Assembly: GCA_002633005.1 (NCBI GenBank)
Contig: NMRA01000467.1
Coordinates: 138,723-202,722 of the forward strand
Length of the DNA stretch: 64,000 nt
Source of the DNA: Phoronis australis
Lineage: Eukaryota > Animalia > Phoronida
Reading direction: 5' to 3'
A program made the translations under genes and the position numbers. Shown here piece by piece: positions 52,101-64,000 of the stretch (positions are counted from its first letter, which is position 1; each line of letters opens with the position of its first letter). The notes under the pieces are model-generated. The model searched no databases. It was not told the origin of the DNA and saw only the letters and a list, made by a program, of their open reading frames with translations.

Positions 52101-55100
52101 GAATTGGTGAGATTTTATAGTACTTGATTGTAGTGTTTTGTAAAGTGAGTTAAAACTTGCTTTTTGTGTTTGAAACCTGAAGCAAAATGGTAAAATATGA
52201 ACAAGCTTTATCTGAGATTCAACAAGGTAAATTTCAAAACAAATCATTTCTTCTGCTCTAAGCTTGTGCTTAATTCAAGTGGCCTTGATACATTAACAAA
52301 AATACAAATAATGACAAGCTAGTAAAATTTATGATCAAGGCACTAACAAATAAACAATGTTCCATGACCTCATATAAAATGTGAAAGCAGATTTCGAAAA
52401 TGGGGGTGGGGAAAAAGACACAGGTCATTCACTGTGCAGTCAGCCAATGAGTGTATAATGCAGTGTAGAGGGCGGAGAAAATGGCAAATTGGGGGAACAA
52501 GGCACTCACTGAGCTAGCTGACCTTTCACCAGAACGACTTCCCTGAAAGAAAAGTCTATGTACGTACAGTACCTAATACTGAAAACAGCCAATACATTTA
52601 AAGGGACATTTAGTAAATCTAATATACACATAGGAAAATCATACAATGGTCAGATGGGACACATAAACATATACGTCTAACTATTTTACAAACAACAATG
52701 ACTATAAACATAAAACTTACTCGAACAACACAGATGATATCTATTAAATGCCATGTGTAAACTTATTAAACATACATGTAGACATGTGATATCTACATAA
52801 TGTGATAAGTTTAGTACTCTCAACACAACTAAACCTCTCCACTATGGGTAATTTTCAATCATTTACAATAAAATACGCCAGACTGGTGAAACTTTATTTT
52901 GTCAAATTCCTAACCAAGAGTAAATACTAAGATAGTTTCAGATGAGTCTATTATAAGCTTGGCTTCCCCCATGTAGAAGTTGTAAAACAACGTTTGGTAA
53001 CATTTTAAATATTTGCAACAAAGTTATCAGTCTTTGAAAAATAAAAAAATAACATTTTTTGCAAAATAAACAGAGACTTACACCTTAAGACAAGAGAATG
53101 TTTTCGTTGCATTACAAAATAGACTTCAGAAAAAAGTTCTAAATCAGAATTAAAAATATCCAAACATTAATTTTACAAGACTGGTATAAAACCACATAAC
53201 CAACCATCAACAATTTCCATTTTTTGTGACTCGAATACAGACAACAGCCAAGAAGTGATTTTTCATCTAAATTTAAGCTTTATGGAACTATTGAACAGTG
53301 CAGTGTTAAGGTCAGAACTAGTCAGCTCCAAAATCTGAATAAAATATGCACAACACAGGGTTAGTAAAAAACAACATTGTTGTGACATGACGTCTTACCG
53401 CCTGAGCACCACCAGTTTTTGCCACCACCTGTAATTTGGGATGACACACAGGGAAGTGTTTATACTAGGGTCAAAGGTTAAACTCCCTCCCGAGAACAAG
53501 TTAAAAATCGAGAATGAACAGAAGCAAAATGAACACATTCATTACAAAAACAGCGTCAAGTAAACAAATCTATAGCCGTAACATTTTTGCTCAAAGTTTA
53601 CAGATCATTTAAAAATATTGCTGCCAATCAAGTGCGCCAGTCAGCAAATTAAACGTCTGAAGGCCAAGCAACTGTAACTGCAGCTGGCTTGAGTTATTTT
53701 AAGTCATGCAATGTTTTAGCAACAGTTTCCATTTCAGTAAATGCCCACAGTTTGGTTGAATGCCAATAATGGAACTATGCAACTTTGATTTTGTTTGCCT
53801 AGTTGGTTTGTGGCTTTTAAGACCCTTGTCTTAAACATTCTGCGCATTGAACTGAGCCCAAAGTGAACTGACATCCATGTCAAAAGATGCACAATTTAAA
53901 GGTTGTGGATACCACAATTATCATAAATATTTTGCTTGCAGCAATGATTACCAGAAACACCATACAATATTTCCCAGAATTCATCACACACACAAAGAGG
54001 GTTACAATGTGAATTACGCATACAGATATTGCTGATTGTAAGGTCAATAAAAGGAGGTGTTCACAGTCCAATAAATTACAAGCAACTATAAATCTGTCTT
54101 CTATCACAAAAATTAACCTTTGAGTGAACACTGTGTTATAAAATTGGTCTCAGAATATAGTTTCTTATTCAAATTAGAGTTAGGTTTGGAAAAACTGGCA
54201 ACTTGTAATTACTGTAGACCAGGATCAAGTGTGAGTCTTGGTTACAAGTCATCGTGGGTTTACACTTTATGCACCAAGCATGGCCACATACATGGCCTCA
54301 TGTATGGTCTCATGCATAAGCCTAGAAACCACTTGTCATCTGAATTAGGATTAAGTTGTGGTTTCAGTCAAAAACTAATTTATTTAACTGAAAACAGGTT
54401 TTTAGCCACTTTTTAAGATTAACTTCAAGGATTGGAGACCCATTTTACCCATCAACAGAATGATCCCATCACCAAATACTGTAAACTACAAGAGTACCTT
54501 TTTTATGATACGGGGAGGGTTCTAAAATTTATGAAGCAAAATAACTATCAAGTTTTAATCACAATATCTCCAACAATTATAGACGATGAACAGTCATACT
54601 AATGAAGTAATAAATGAAAAATATCTGCTTATCAATTCACACTAAGTACCTGAATGGAAGAAAGTATCAGGAAAATGAACCTTGCATATGGTGATGCATT
54701 TTTTATTTCAAAAGATGATATTTGTATGAAAAAATGTCAACAAGTTACTATATAATGTGTAATGCCATGAACAATAAACACTTTTTCTGAAATGAAGGTT
54801 TGGAATTATGACACATGCACAATGTGGATGACAAAAGCTTGAGACAACTTAATGGCAAATGGCATCAGAATAACAATCAACTGGCCTCCAGTGTCCCAGA
54901 AACGTCCTCTGCTGGAAAAAGGATTGTCAGTAGCAAGGACACATGTCGAGTTCTAGATCTGTTCAGAACACAAATAAAAAAATAATTGTGACCCAAGATT
55001 TCCAAATCCCAAAAAGAAATCTCATACTTTCCAGTTTTATCAAGGGAGACAATCTGTGTGATCAACATCATCAACAGCTACTTGTGCCCTCAAGTGTACA

Positions 55101-58100
55101 CCAGCACTCTCCACTGCTAATTGTGCCCCCTATTGTCAACTAGTACCCTCTACTGGCAAATACTTACAGCCTCAGCCTCTTGTCTCAGCTTCTCCTGTAG
55201 CAGCACCTCTTGGTATTCCTTTTCTTTCTGAGCTTCCATCGCTCGTGTCTTAACACGCACAGCCTCCTTCTTAACTGACTCGATTGGCAAGTTGGGTGCA
55301 AATCGAATCTCCACACGTTGTTTCTACAATGTAAAGCAAACGGATCACTTCAAAATGACATTAACGTTATATAGGGCATTAACGTTATATAGGACATTAA
55401 CGTTATATAGGTCATTAACGTTATAAAGGTCATTAACGTTATATAGGGCCTCATCGTCAAGTCTATGTATTCAGTCAAATATCTACAAAACCATAAATTT
55501 TCACTCATTCAGTAAAAGTACATAACTTTCGAAAGTAGGATGTAGAATTTGATTTCTGACTGTTTGACTAAAATCTGCCATTAATTGGGTCATGCGATCA
55601 TTTTCTTTTAGTAAAATTTAGCAAAAAAGAAAGGTACATTGATAGCAAAACAATGGTATCAATAACACAATCAAATTTCATTACGTGGCACCCCCGCCCT
55701 GTTGGGTGAGTTTTCACAATTTCTGTGATTGGGAACTCTGCTTATAGCCATGCAGAGCATCATGAGTTTGACAGCAACACGAAGGGGGGAAAGTTGGCAA
55801 ACCAATGATTACATAATCCAGTGCTCTTGTGGTCTGCGTTCATCTGATAAGCTCTGTAATCTAGCGATTGTGTTGTTAACAGCTTGCCTGATGTTAAACG
55901 ATATTTAAAAAATACTATTTTCTAATGACTTTCAACAAATGCTATGAAATGCTACCACAAAAAAACTTCAAACGAAGAAAAACTGTTGACTTTCAAATAA
56001 ATTTACTACACTTTACTTTCACCTGCGGATTCATAAATGTGTGGCTCTGACCAGCTTAAAAACAGTATAGTGTACCAACACAATAGACTTGTTTGTCAAG
56101 TTTTGTTACGTTCCCGTGCTGTGGGCTGAGTTTCCCAATTTTGCTGATTGGAAATTTGGGTTATGGCCATGTTGTTATCAGTTTGACAATGATAACAAGG
56201 GGAGAAAGTTGGCAAACCAATGTAGTCCATCGCTCCATTGTCTGCGTTCGTCTGATAAGGTCACGTAATCCAGCAATAATCGAATTCCAGATGAGGTCAT
56301 GATATTGTGAATTTGGTGGTTTTAACAGTCCAGGGGAATGGTTCATAATGAGAAATAGATGCTCAACATGAAATGTCAAGAATACTGATTTTAAGTCATA
56401 ATCTCATTTTTATTTTAAGCAACACTTTATTTTTTATGAAAATCACAAAAGTCCTACTTTTGATATCCTCTCATTCAAAATTAGTGAAAAATTGTGGAAC
56501 ATGACTGTACACAGTAGCCTGAAAGTTTGACAAGCATTCAATTAGTCATTTCTGGAATATGACTCTACAATTAAATTAGTCAGATTTAGACATTTTTACT
56601 GAGTCTGCATATTGAGGACTCTTCATAAATACGTCTAAGACAGTGATAAGAATGTTTCAGTTACAGATTGGCATCAGCAGCACTTACACCAACTTTCACA
56701 AACATTTTCATATTGGACTTTGTTAGTGTTTGTTTACATTTTAATTTCATTTAACTTATGGCAAAATCCTAGCAAAAAATAATACTAAATCATTGATTGC
56801 AGACCATTATCAGAAGGTATAGTTGCTTTTAACTATTAAAATACAACTACGAGAAGACATTTCATTCCACATTTTAAAAACAAATGTATTGAGCAAATTC
56901 AGAAACAAAATGTGATTTGACATTGGAGACATTGTTCATAGTATGCAAAAATTGTTTTTGTGATGATCACCTGTCCTGGATTTACTGTTCCAACAGATGG
57001 CGCAATTGTGATTGGGCTGTCCTCTGGAATTCTGAACTCGAAAGATGTTGGACCAACGGGAGCAATTTCACCTGGAAAATAAAATTTTAGAAAAATTAAA
57101 TGAAGGCAAAACATTAGTAGCAATTGGCATTCATTTATTTAAGAAAAATCAGAGATATTTCAAATGAATATGATTGTTTGATAACTGAAGTGAACATACA
57201 ATAAACTGAATAATTTTTTGTTTGTGTGGTAACTTAATGCTAATTCATAGTTTGGTTGCTGGCAAATTGCAAAAGACAAAAAGAAAGTTCACCATACAAA
57301 ATTATTGCATTGGGCACTGATGAAGATATCAGTAAAACATATGCTGGAATGTAAATGATAGATTACATCACTACAATTAGTTCTTCATTACAAATAACCC
57401 ACAATTATAATCACCATTACAATCAAAATTAGTACTATTACTGATATTATGCTAAAGACATATTTATTCTGGGTGGCCTCCCTCATGAGTAAGCACTATT
57501 TTCTAGGACCCAGAAAAAGCAGTACAAACATTTTAATTTCATTTAATTACAAAATTTAATATCATATGTAGGCAAACATAAGTTACATCTAACAATGAAA
57601 CAGCCCGACTGATTACCTTTGGCAATCCTTGGGACAGGGTGTGTGAACTCGTTTGTACTGGTGTGAGAGTTGATCACATGGATGGCGACAGCAGAGACAT
57701 CAGTCATGGCAGTGGCAGCAAAGTGAACTACTTGCTTGGACAACTCTAGTGGTGGTAACACTCCAGCACCTTGGCATTTAATCTTGAAATCTCTGTAAAG
57801 AGCGGACAAACAATATTGAAACTTAAGTTAACTTTCAGGGCAATTAGTGGACACATTGCTTTGAGGCCATATCATTGGGATGAAATTGATACATTGGTTT
57901 GAGGCCATATCATTAAGATGAAATTGATTCATTGCTTTGAGGTCATATCATTAGGATGAAATTGAGGACAAGTCTCAGTTTTGTGAAAATGCAATTATTA
58001 AATAAATTTAATTCAGACATCAAATGAGAAACTACAAGTAAAAAGTAAGTGTTTTATTTGGCTAAATGGCATGGAACGTTATGACCTGCAACAAAAAAGA

Positions 58101-61100
58101 TCGCACAACAAATTTTGGAACAAGTTTTATCTTTTAAAGACAGGCTGAGCCAGTTTTTTTTTTTTTACATACAGAGCTCCTGATCTGATGAATAAAATGA
58201 CAACCCATTGAATCACAACTCATTGTCTTACCTGTTAATTAAGGATTTGCAGGTGAGTTCAAATGAATAACTTTTGGCCTTCTTTGGACTAAATATGATA
58301 TCCAAATTCATAGTCTCAAGCGGCAGAAGAGTGCCAAAACCGTCATTGGGCTGGACTTCCACATACTGAAAGAAAATTTGCATAATTTGAATATTGAAAA
58401 GAACTTATAAATCCTAATTTATTGATAAACACAGATAAACAGTCTTATAGATTGACTTCAGAGTAAGGGTTCCAGTTTTTCATGCCAAAAATTGGCGATC
58501 AAAAATACTTGATTTTTTGTGAAATTTGATTTACAATTATGATCATGGATATTTCATTTTTCATGAGTTTTAACAATCATAGTTTCACCCAAGCAAAATG
58601 AATTTCCATCAACAACTAGTCTCACTGTTTTTATACCCGACACCAGAACATAACGACATTTAACTTACATCAGGCAGTCCCATAAAACCAAACTGCTGAG
58701 ATAATATCGAGTGATTGGTCAGTTTCACTGTAGTTTTCACCGATTCGTAAATAGTGCAGAAGCCGAAGTCGATGTCTGTGGTGTCGAACTCCAGATCTGA
58801 TGAAGTGATGACAGCATGGACGGTGAACGGAACTGGGCGAGTCTGTCCAGCCACAGTAATGACCATGGGAGCCTCAAGGACACCAGTCTGATGATCAAAG
58901 TAGGGCATGTTGTCCGTCAGCAGGGTTTGTCTGAAATGATCATAATCAGGACTAAAAACTGTAACTGAGAAAAACCTGAATTGTTACAATAGCATCAGTC
59001 TCTAAACAAGTAGACTTACTTTTTAGTATGATCAAAATTCCAAATAACACATTATTACCATTGTGAGACACTACCTAACACAGATCAGACGGTCAATTTC
59101 AAAATTAATTTTGTTGATATTTGAAACTGTGTCAAAGCCACATACCAGGAAGGATATTATCTCAAGCATGCTTTGTTTAAAACTTGTTTTCTAAAACAAA
59201 ATAATGTGCAAGTTCTTGCTAAAATAGTAAAAATGCCCAAAACTATCCAACCATTAATTTATGCCAAGAAGTACTGACTACAGGTAATGTCGGGGCAACA
59301 CATGTTGCAGTGTAAGATGAACCTTGTATTTCATGTCATTATTAGCAATGAAAAAATCCTCTTAATGCAACATCACAGAAAATGGATTCATGTTTCGTGG
59401 GAAGTCACAATTTGTCATATCTTAAAATTTTCAAAATATCACACGGAACTCAATTGTCACAGCTTTTTGGTGCTTTTTTGTATGTATAAGTCAACAACTT
59501 TGGTCACATAAGCAAGACAATATCTGTCAATCATAATGGTGTATTATGTAATTTTACAATTTTTGAAAAAAGTAATTACAACCTGATGCAGCACAAAATA
59601 ACTATAAACCTAATAAAACACTAACACTAACTACTTGGCTCACATTTTGTCACAGCATAATTCCTAAAATGTCACAAACTGTCACACAATTTCAGGCAAG
59701 CTAGCTTTGCCACAGCATGTCACTATGTCACAGGGTAACACACACCTTGGAAGAAATTTGAGCTGAGCCGAGAACTGTGACTGTGCCTGTATATATCCTG
59801 TCTTGGGCAGCAGTTCCATGTAGTTTTTTAACTCAGGACACACTTCGAACTTGAGACGTAGAGCCGTTGTAGCTCTGAAGACCAATAAATGTCATGTATT
59901 AACAAACTCAGTAATGTGTACACACAATAACAAGTAAATGAAGGTTTTTATCAACTGAAATATTTATCAAAAATGCTGAATCTTTCTTATTAAAATATCA
60001 GTGCATACTAATGTCTTTGCTAAAGCAACACAAATGTAGCCTCCAATATACATGTACTTAATGAAAGAGGGTATGCTACATCTCTCTGGAGAGCCCACCA
60101 GGACTCCATTGTGCGAGGCTAGTAGTATCCTGTTTGTTTGGTAATTAAGATCATGCAGGATGCTGGGCAACATCTCACTAGGGTTTGTGAGTAAGCTGGA
60201 TAACTCACTAATGTAACAGTAAGCAGACAGTCATTGGATTGCTAAACGAGAATGCTGAATTTTGGGAGAAAATGGTTATGTCCAAAGTACTCGCAACATT
60301 CATTGTATGAGCCAAGATTTCTTGCCACATGTGTCTATAGAATAACTGAATGTACCAGCATTAAATTACTTCACCAGAGATTCAAATATTAAATTGCAAT
60401 TTTTAATGTTATACAGTAAAACAAATCATAATATTTGATGTGGGTATAAAAAATCCTCAAGGTTGTGTCTTCTTGCATTCATCGCGGATCAGATTTTTTC
60501 AAGGACCTCAATTAAATTTGTATGTGATTGTTGGTAGAGAAAGCATTGACACCTGGCTTTCGTTTTTTTTTTTTGTAGCTGGATCAAAGATTTATTGACT
60601 CATTTTAACGTATAAAATACAGAAAATTTCAGCCAATCACAAAACTCAGATCCAGCAAATTAAAAGTGATACCAAAATACTGCAATCATCATAACTGTTT
60701 TTGATTTCTATCAGTTGGCAGCTCTAACAAGATGTACCTGTTATTGACAACTATGGTGTCTTGATACAGTCTGTCATACATACAGATCTTCAGGTCAATA
60801 TTCTCTCTCTCCACCCATACTGGCACGTCTATGGCATTGGCCAGGGAAGTTACGGTTATCTGGGGGTTATAAACGGACGAATGAATTAGCGTAAAACAGA
60901 TAATTACAAACATTATAACCAATCATATTGTATTTTTATTTCAAATCATAACAAACAAGTGTGAAAAGCAATTAAGTTTGGGCAGCAGCAAAAGAGGTTT
61001 CCATGGTGACCCAGACTGAAGGGGAATTAACAGGAAATTAAGCAAGGTGGCAAAGGAATTATATAATTATAATTGTTCCCCATATGATACATGTCACCAT

Positions 61101-63851
61101 TTGCTTTTGCTGTTAACCTAATTAGCTGTCATGACGGGGAAACAGTATTTAGTTTGATTACTTTTGTCTGTTAAACTGTACTTGATTACTTTTGTCTGCA
61201 CTGTACTTTGACATGCATCACCAGTTATCTTTGGTCAATTGAATGTACATTTGTTAATTTAAGACAACTGCAGAGATAGCCATAATTTATTATGAAAGCA
61301 ACGCCCACGAATGAACAAGAGTTTGAAACAGTTTCTTACATTTTGTTTCAGGCTTTGTTTTTAAAGTAAACGCAGTGGCATCCTGAAAGATTGCTGATGG
61401 TCAGAAGCCCATGAAATGGACGAGACAGAAAACTGGCACACACCAAGTAAATCATCTCTACATAGTAAACTAGGACTGCGCTCATAAAGCAATAGTGTGA
61501 TAGCTTACGTTGGCTGATAAAGGATCTTCAAACGAGATGCAGAATTCACTGTCCACCTTGCCAGGTATGGTGGGTTGCCAAATGATGTCAAGTTTGACAG
61601 AGGAGAAGGGGCCTATTTCTGATGACGATAGCTGAAAAGACAGACTATGACGGTAACAAAAATTAAATGAAAATTCTATTTTCAAATGGTCAACTTATGT
61701 ATCATTTTGGTTTAATCGCATCATGTCATTAAATAAATGTAAAGTATATGGCAAAAAAATTCCAGCTTAGAACAGTCAAAAATTTTTTTGCTCGAGGTAA
61801 GAGTTTCTACCAAATATTAGAAATATGCAACATTGATTGTTCCAAATTCAAGAATTACAATCAATGACAAATGATCATTCACCTCAACGTTTCACACTTC
61901 AAGTAAGATGACACATGATCATTCACCTCGTTTCACACTTCTAGTAAGGTACATAAACAGGTGTCACTGGCAGCTATTATTCATGATTTTATGAACTGTC
62001 ATGAATACTATTATCAGACTTTTATTGATACAATAAGACCGTGTCCCAATCTATAGAATCAAGAAAATTCAATTTTATGATTTACCCAAGCTGGAGAATA
62101 TTCACCATTAGTGATTCCTCCAAAAAGCAAATCTGAGTTTGCTGCATAAAAAGCAACTGTTTGAAGTTTGTTATTTACTGTTAGAATTGGCTTGCAAGCA
62201 AAAACCATTCACTTCTAAAACTAATCAGAAGTAAAGTATTAATAGTCATTTTAGCACAATTTGTTTTTGAAGACATGTTGTAAAAACTTAAAAGCAAAGT
62301 TCTACTGATGATTGCCATTACCTGTCCAACTTTCAGTCCATCCAAGTTTGCAATATCTTCTAGATCGCTAAAAGGTGGCTCCACAGTACTGCCTACTTCT
62401 AGCCCATCCTCCACCTTTTCGCCCTCTAGTGGTGGCTCGATGGTTTCTGCTGCAGTTGGAAGCTCAGGTTCTCCTGCTTTGTCTTTCTCAGCTCCTTGGT
62501 ACGAATGACAACACAAAATAACAATTTTCGGATGTAGAGACAAAATGTTGAAATACATAATAGGGTAATTGATGGACAGCATTTTGTATTTTTTTCAGGG
62601 AATTTACTGTGAGATTTCACAGCATTTGTGAAACTCTTTGCCATCAATATGCCATCAATATGCCATCAAATTGGTACTGCTGAGCGGTGGGATAAAAAAT
62701 ATCTAATATCTAAAAATGTCTGCTAATGGCAGAAACATCTTTTCGTCCCAGTCAACTTAGACAGTCTTCTACACCAGGATTAAAAACTGAGTCGTGCGAA
62801 AGACACATCAAGCGCTCATAACACTTTTAAGAAAAGAATTGTAAAAGACTTCTAAATGTATGTAAGATGTTTCCGCACAATGAACAGAAAAACCATTACT
62901 AATCAAGAAAAATAAGAGTAACGGTTTTAAAATCCCTTGTGTCAGAAACGAGCTTTGTTGATGATGTACTAGATTCAGTGTTAAGAATCTCACAACGTAA
63001 CACACGTGGATAGAGAAAGATATTAAGTAATACAAATTTGGCAACAACCAAAACACAAAAACCTTCTTAAAAATTCCGTATGTGCTGTAAGTCTGGCCAG
63101 AGATAAATGCAACTTCTCAGTCATAAAACACTGTTGCTCTCCAGTGGTTATCACACAACTTAAATAGTTAATTCTGTGTTGTTGTTACAGCCAAATTAAG
63201 CTTGATATTCAACTGAAACTGAAAAATTAACAGCAAACTCAAGGTACATGGCATAACCTAGTTGCACAATACATCAGCTCAAACAGAGCTGAAGATCCAT
63301 CAAAATTTATTCACAAATTCTATGAAATGGATATAAATCTGAAGAAATTCTGAGTATGAAGGCAAAATACTTGTGTGTGATAGTACAAAGGTATACATCA
63401 AATAATCAGTCTTAACCAGTTATATTTTGCTTTTTACCTTTTTGTAACAATGGGGACTCAAGTTGTGCTCTCAGATTTTGACCTAATGCCATAATGAGCC
63501 AAGTGAAACTAGTTTACGAGTTCATCGGTAGATGAAAAATGTATTGACAGAACAAAAACCAATAGAACAGCTTTCTGTGTAGCTATATTTGCCATATCAT
63601 TTCTGTGTAGCTATATTTGCCATATCATTTCTGCATTTCATTTCTTACGATTTTGGTTTCAATGTGTGTGGGTGAATATTTGATGACAGTAAATCCTACA
63701 CTCTCAACATTCACACTTCCAACCCTGTTTAGATTCAGGTTTAGTTTACCGACTAACCTAGTTGTAACTTGACAGTTTTAGTTTCATCCTCCTTAGGCTG
63801 TCCATCTTCTGACTCTCCACTCATGGCTCTCATGTTTGTATCAGCTGTCGT
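37023..63851 (-). CDS. CFAP74: Cilia- and flagella-associated protein 74, 3' part (5' exons lie beyond the window). Exons: 63851-63758, 62494-62322, 61631-61509, 60859-60738, 59874-59746, 58930-58669, 58365-58232, 57792-57617, 57071-56971, 55323-55168, 53428-53399, 52542-52510, 49881-49748, 49142-49017, 47940-47775, 47489-47370, 46744-46589, 45352-45220, 44712-44558, 43652-43526, 42076-41949, 39402-39334, 37927-37862, 37136-37023
   Basis: Recognisable peptides AIDVPVWV..DLKICMYDRLYQD, ALRLKFEVC..LLPKTGYIQAQS..LKFLPR, DFGFCTIYE, VQPNDGFGTLLPLET, GPTSFEF..SPITIAPSVGTV; all listed junctions are AG/GT bounded and phase-compatible through to TAA at 37023. Confidence 0.93.
37983..38260. repeat. 18-bp AT-rich minisatellite TGTATATTAACTACATAT, ~15 copies
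   Basis: Direct observation; explains the spurious INYILY ORF. Confidence 0.95.
38685..38849 (-). mobile_element. tRNA-derived SINE
   Basis: Minus strand CAGTGTGGCTTAGTGG A-box..degenerate B-box; head similar to the 47021 copy. Confidence 0.55.
42291..42641. repeat. ~73-bp tandem repeat, ~4.7 copies
   Basis: TTTGTATAATCTAGTTTCTTAGTAACAAATTGACAACTAATC.ATTGTGGATCATTCATACATCAGTATTTAA repeated. Confidence 0.92.
45545..46056. mobile_element. MITE with ~18-bp TIRs (GCCCTTTCATACTAAC), PIF/Harbinger-like
   Basis: AAGCCCTTTCATACTAAC ... GTTAGTATGAAAGGGCCT; internal GTATGAAC repeats; TSD unclear. Confidence 0.7.
47021..47265 (+). mobile_element. tRNA-derived SINE
   Basis: A-box TGGCTTAGTGCG, B-box GGTTCGAATC, non-tRNA body, (TAAA)n tail. 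Confidence 0.7.
47490..47774 (-). other. U12-type (minor spliceosome) GT-AG intron in CFAP74
   Basis: 5' site GTATCCTTT; branch TTGCCTTGAC (47511-47502) 12 nt from the 3' end; no polypyrimidine tract. Confidence 0.88.
48251..48409. mobile_element. 159-bp MITE with TA TSD (Tc1/mariner/pogo-type)
   Basis: TA|CCGTAATCGTTCGGGTTAACGCCC ... GGGCATTAACCCGAACGATTACGG|TA. Confidence 0.85.
51473..51714. repeat. Long inverted repeat / foldback hairpin (~110-bp arms, ~12-nt loop)
   Basis: AAAGTAAAATCAAACACTATATGACAATTGACATCTGATATATG-loop-CATATATCAGATGTCAATTGTCATATAGTGTTTGATTTTACTTT, with outer arms continuing imperfectly. Confidence 0.9.
55359..55448. repeat. 18-bp minisatellite CATTAACGTTATATAGGG x5
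   Basis: Direct observation. Confidence 0.9.
55690..56280. repeat. Diverged direct duplication (~55690-55870 vs ~56110-56280)
   Basis: Shared GAGTTT..CAATTT..GATTGG..TTAT.GCCATG..AGTTTGACA..AAAGTTGGCAAACCAATG..GTCTGCGTTC.TCTGATAAG. Confidence 0.7.
57617..57792 (-). CDS. CFAP74: CFAP74 internal exon
   Basis: DFKIKCQGAGVLPPLELS..FAATA..VINSH..PRIAK. Confidence 0.92.
57854..57965. repeat. ~38-bp tandem repeat x3
   Basis: CATTGCTTTGAGGCCATATCATT.GGATGAAATTGAT repeated. Confidence 0.88.
58669..58930 (-). CDS. CFAP74: CFAP74 internal exon
   Basis: YFDHQTGVLEAPM..DFGFCTIYESV..QQFGFMGLPD|GTAAGT. Confidence 0.93.
59746..59874 (-). CDS. CFAP74: CFAP74 internal exon
   Basis: ATTALRLKFEVCPELKNYMELLPKTGYIQAQSQFSAQLKFLPR. 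Confidence 0.93.
60738..60859 (-). CDS. CFAP74: CFAP74 internal exon
   Basis: ITVTSLANAIDVPVWVERENIDLKICMYDRLYQDTIVVNNR. Confidence 0.93.
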
Positions 63852-64000
63852 CTAGAAAGTAACCAACAAAATAAAAAAAAAAAAATTTGCAAATTCCATG
63901 TTTCAAATCAATAACAAACTTAAAGCACATTTGCCATTTTTGGTGAAAAGGAAACTGTTAAGCAAAAGTACTGAAAGTTGTGTCTAAAGTTTGCCTCTTG

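Overview
AT-rich, intron-rich animal (invertebrate-type) genomic DNA; not prokaryotic, and no rRNA, intact tRNA or CRISPR array was found. There are three spliced genes, all on the minus strand. (1) The 3' part of CFAP74: 24 exons reconstructed by hand at 63851-37023, including a U12-type minor intron and two probable micro-exons. (2) An SLC22/organic-cation-transporter-family gene: 8 exons at 35518-~18182, with a probable GC-AG intron and an altered PESPRW motif. (3) An unrecognised 2-3 exon gene at 2324-800/230 encoding a predicted secreted, furin-site-bearing, glycosylated coiled-coil protein, with an NF-kB-like palindrome just upstream. Between 4.7 and 9.6 kb lie three non-autonomous Kolobok-type DNA transposons (TTAA target sites, ~150-bp TIRs). 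Copies 1 and 2 keep the convergent N-termini of a THAP transposase and a Cys-rich KolX/P2X7-ballast-like protein but have lost the catalytic core; the interior of copy 3 is an assembly gap. The remainder is intronic/intergenic DNA with MITEs, tRNA-derived SINEs, LINE-like 3' tails, minisatellites and a ~240-bp hairpin. All calls come from reading the sequence by eye; no database searches were run.
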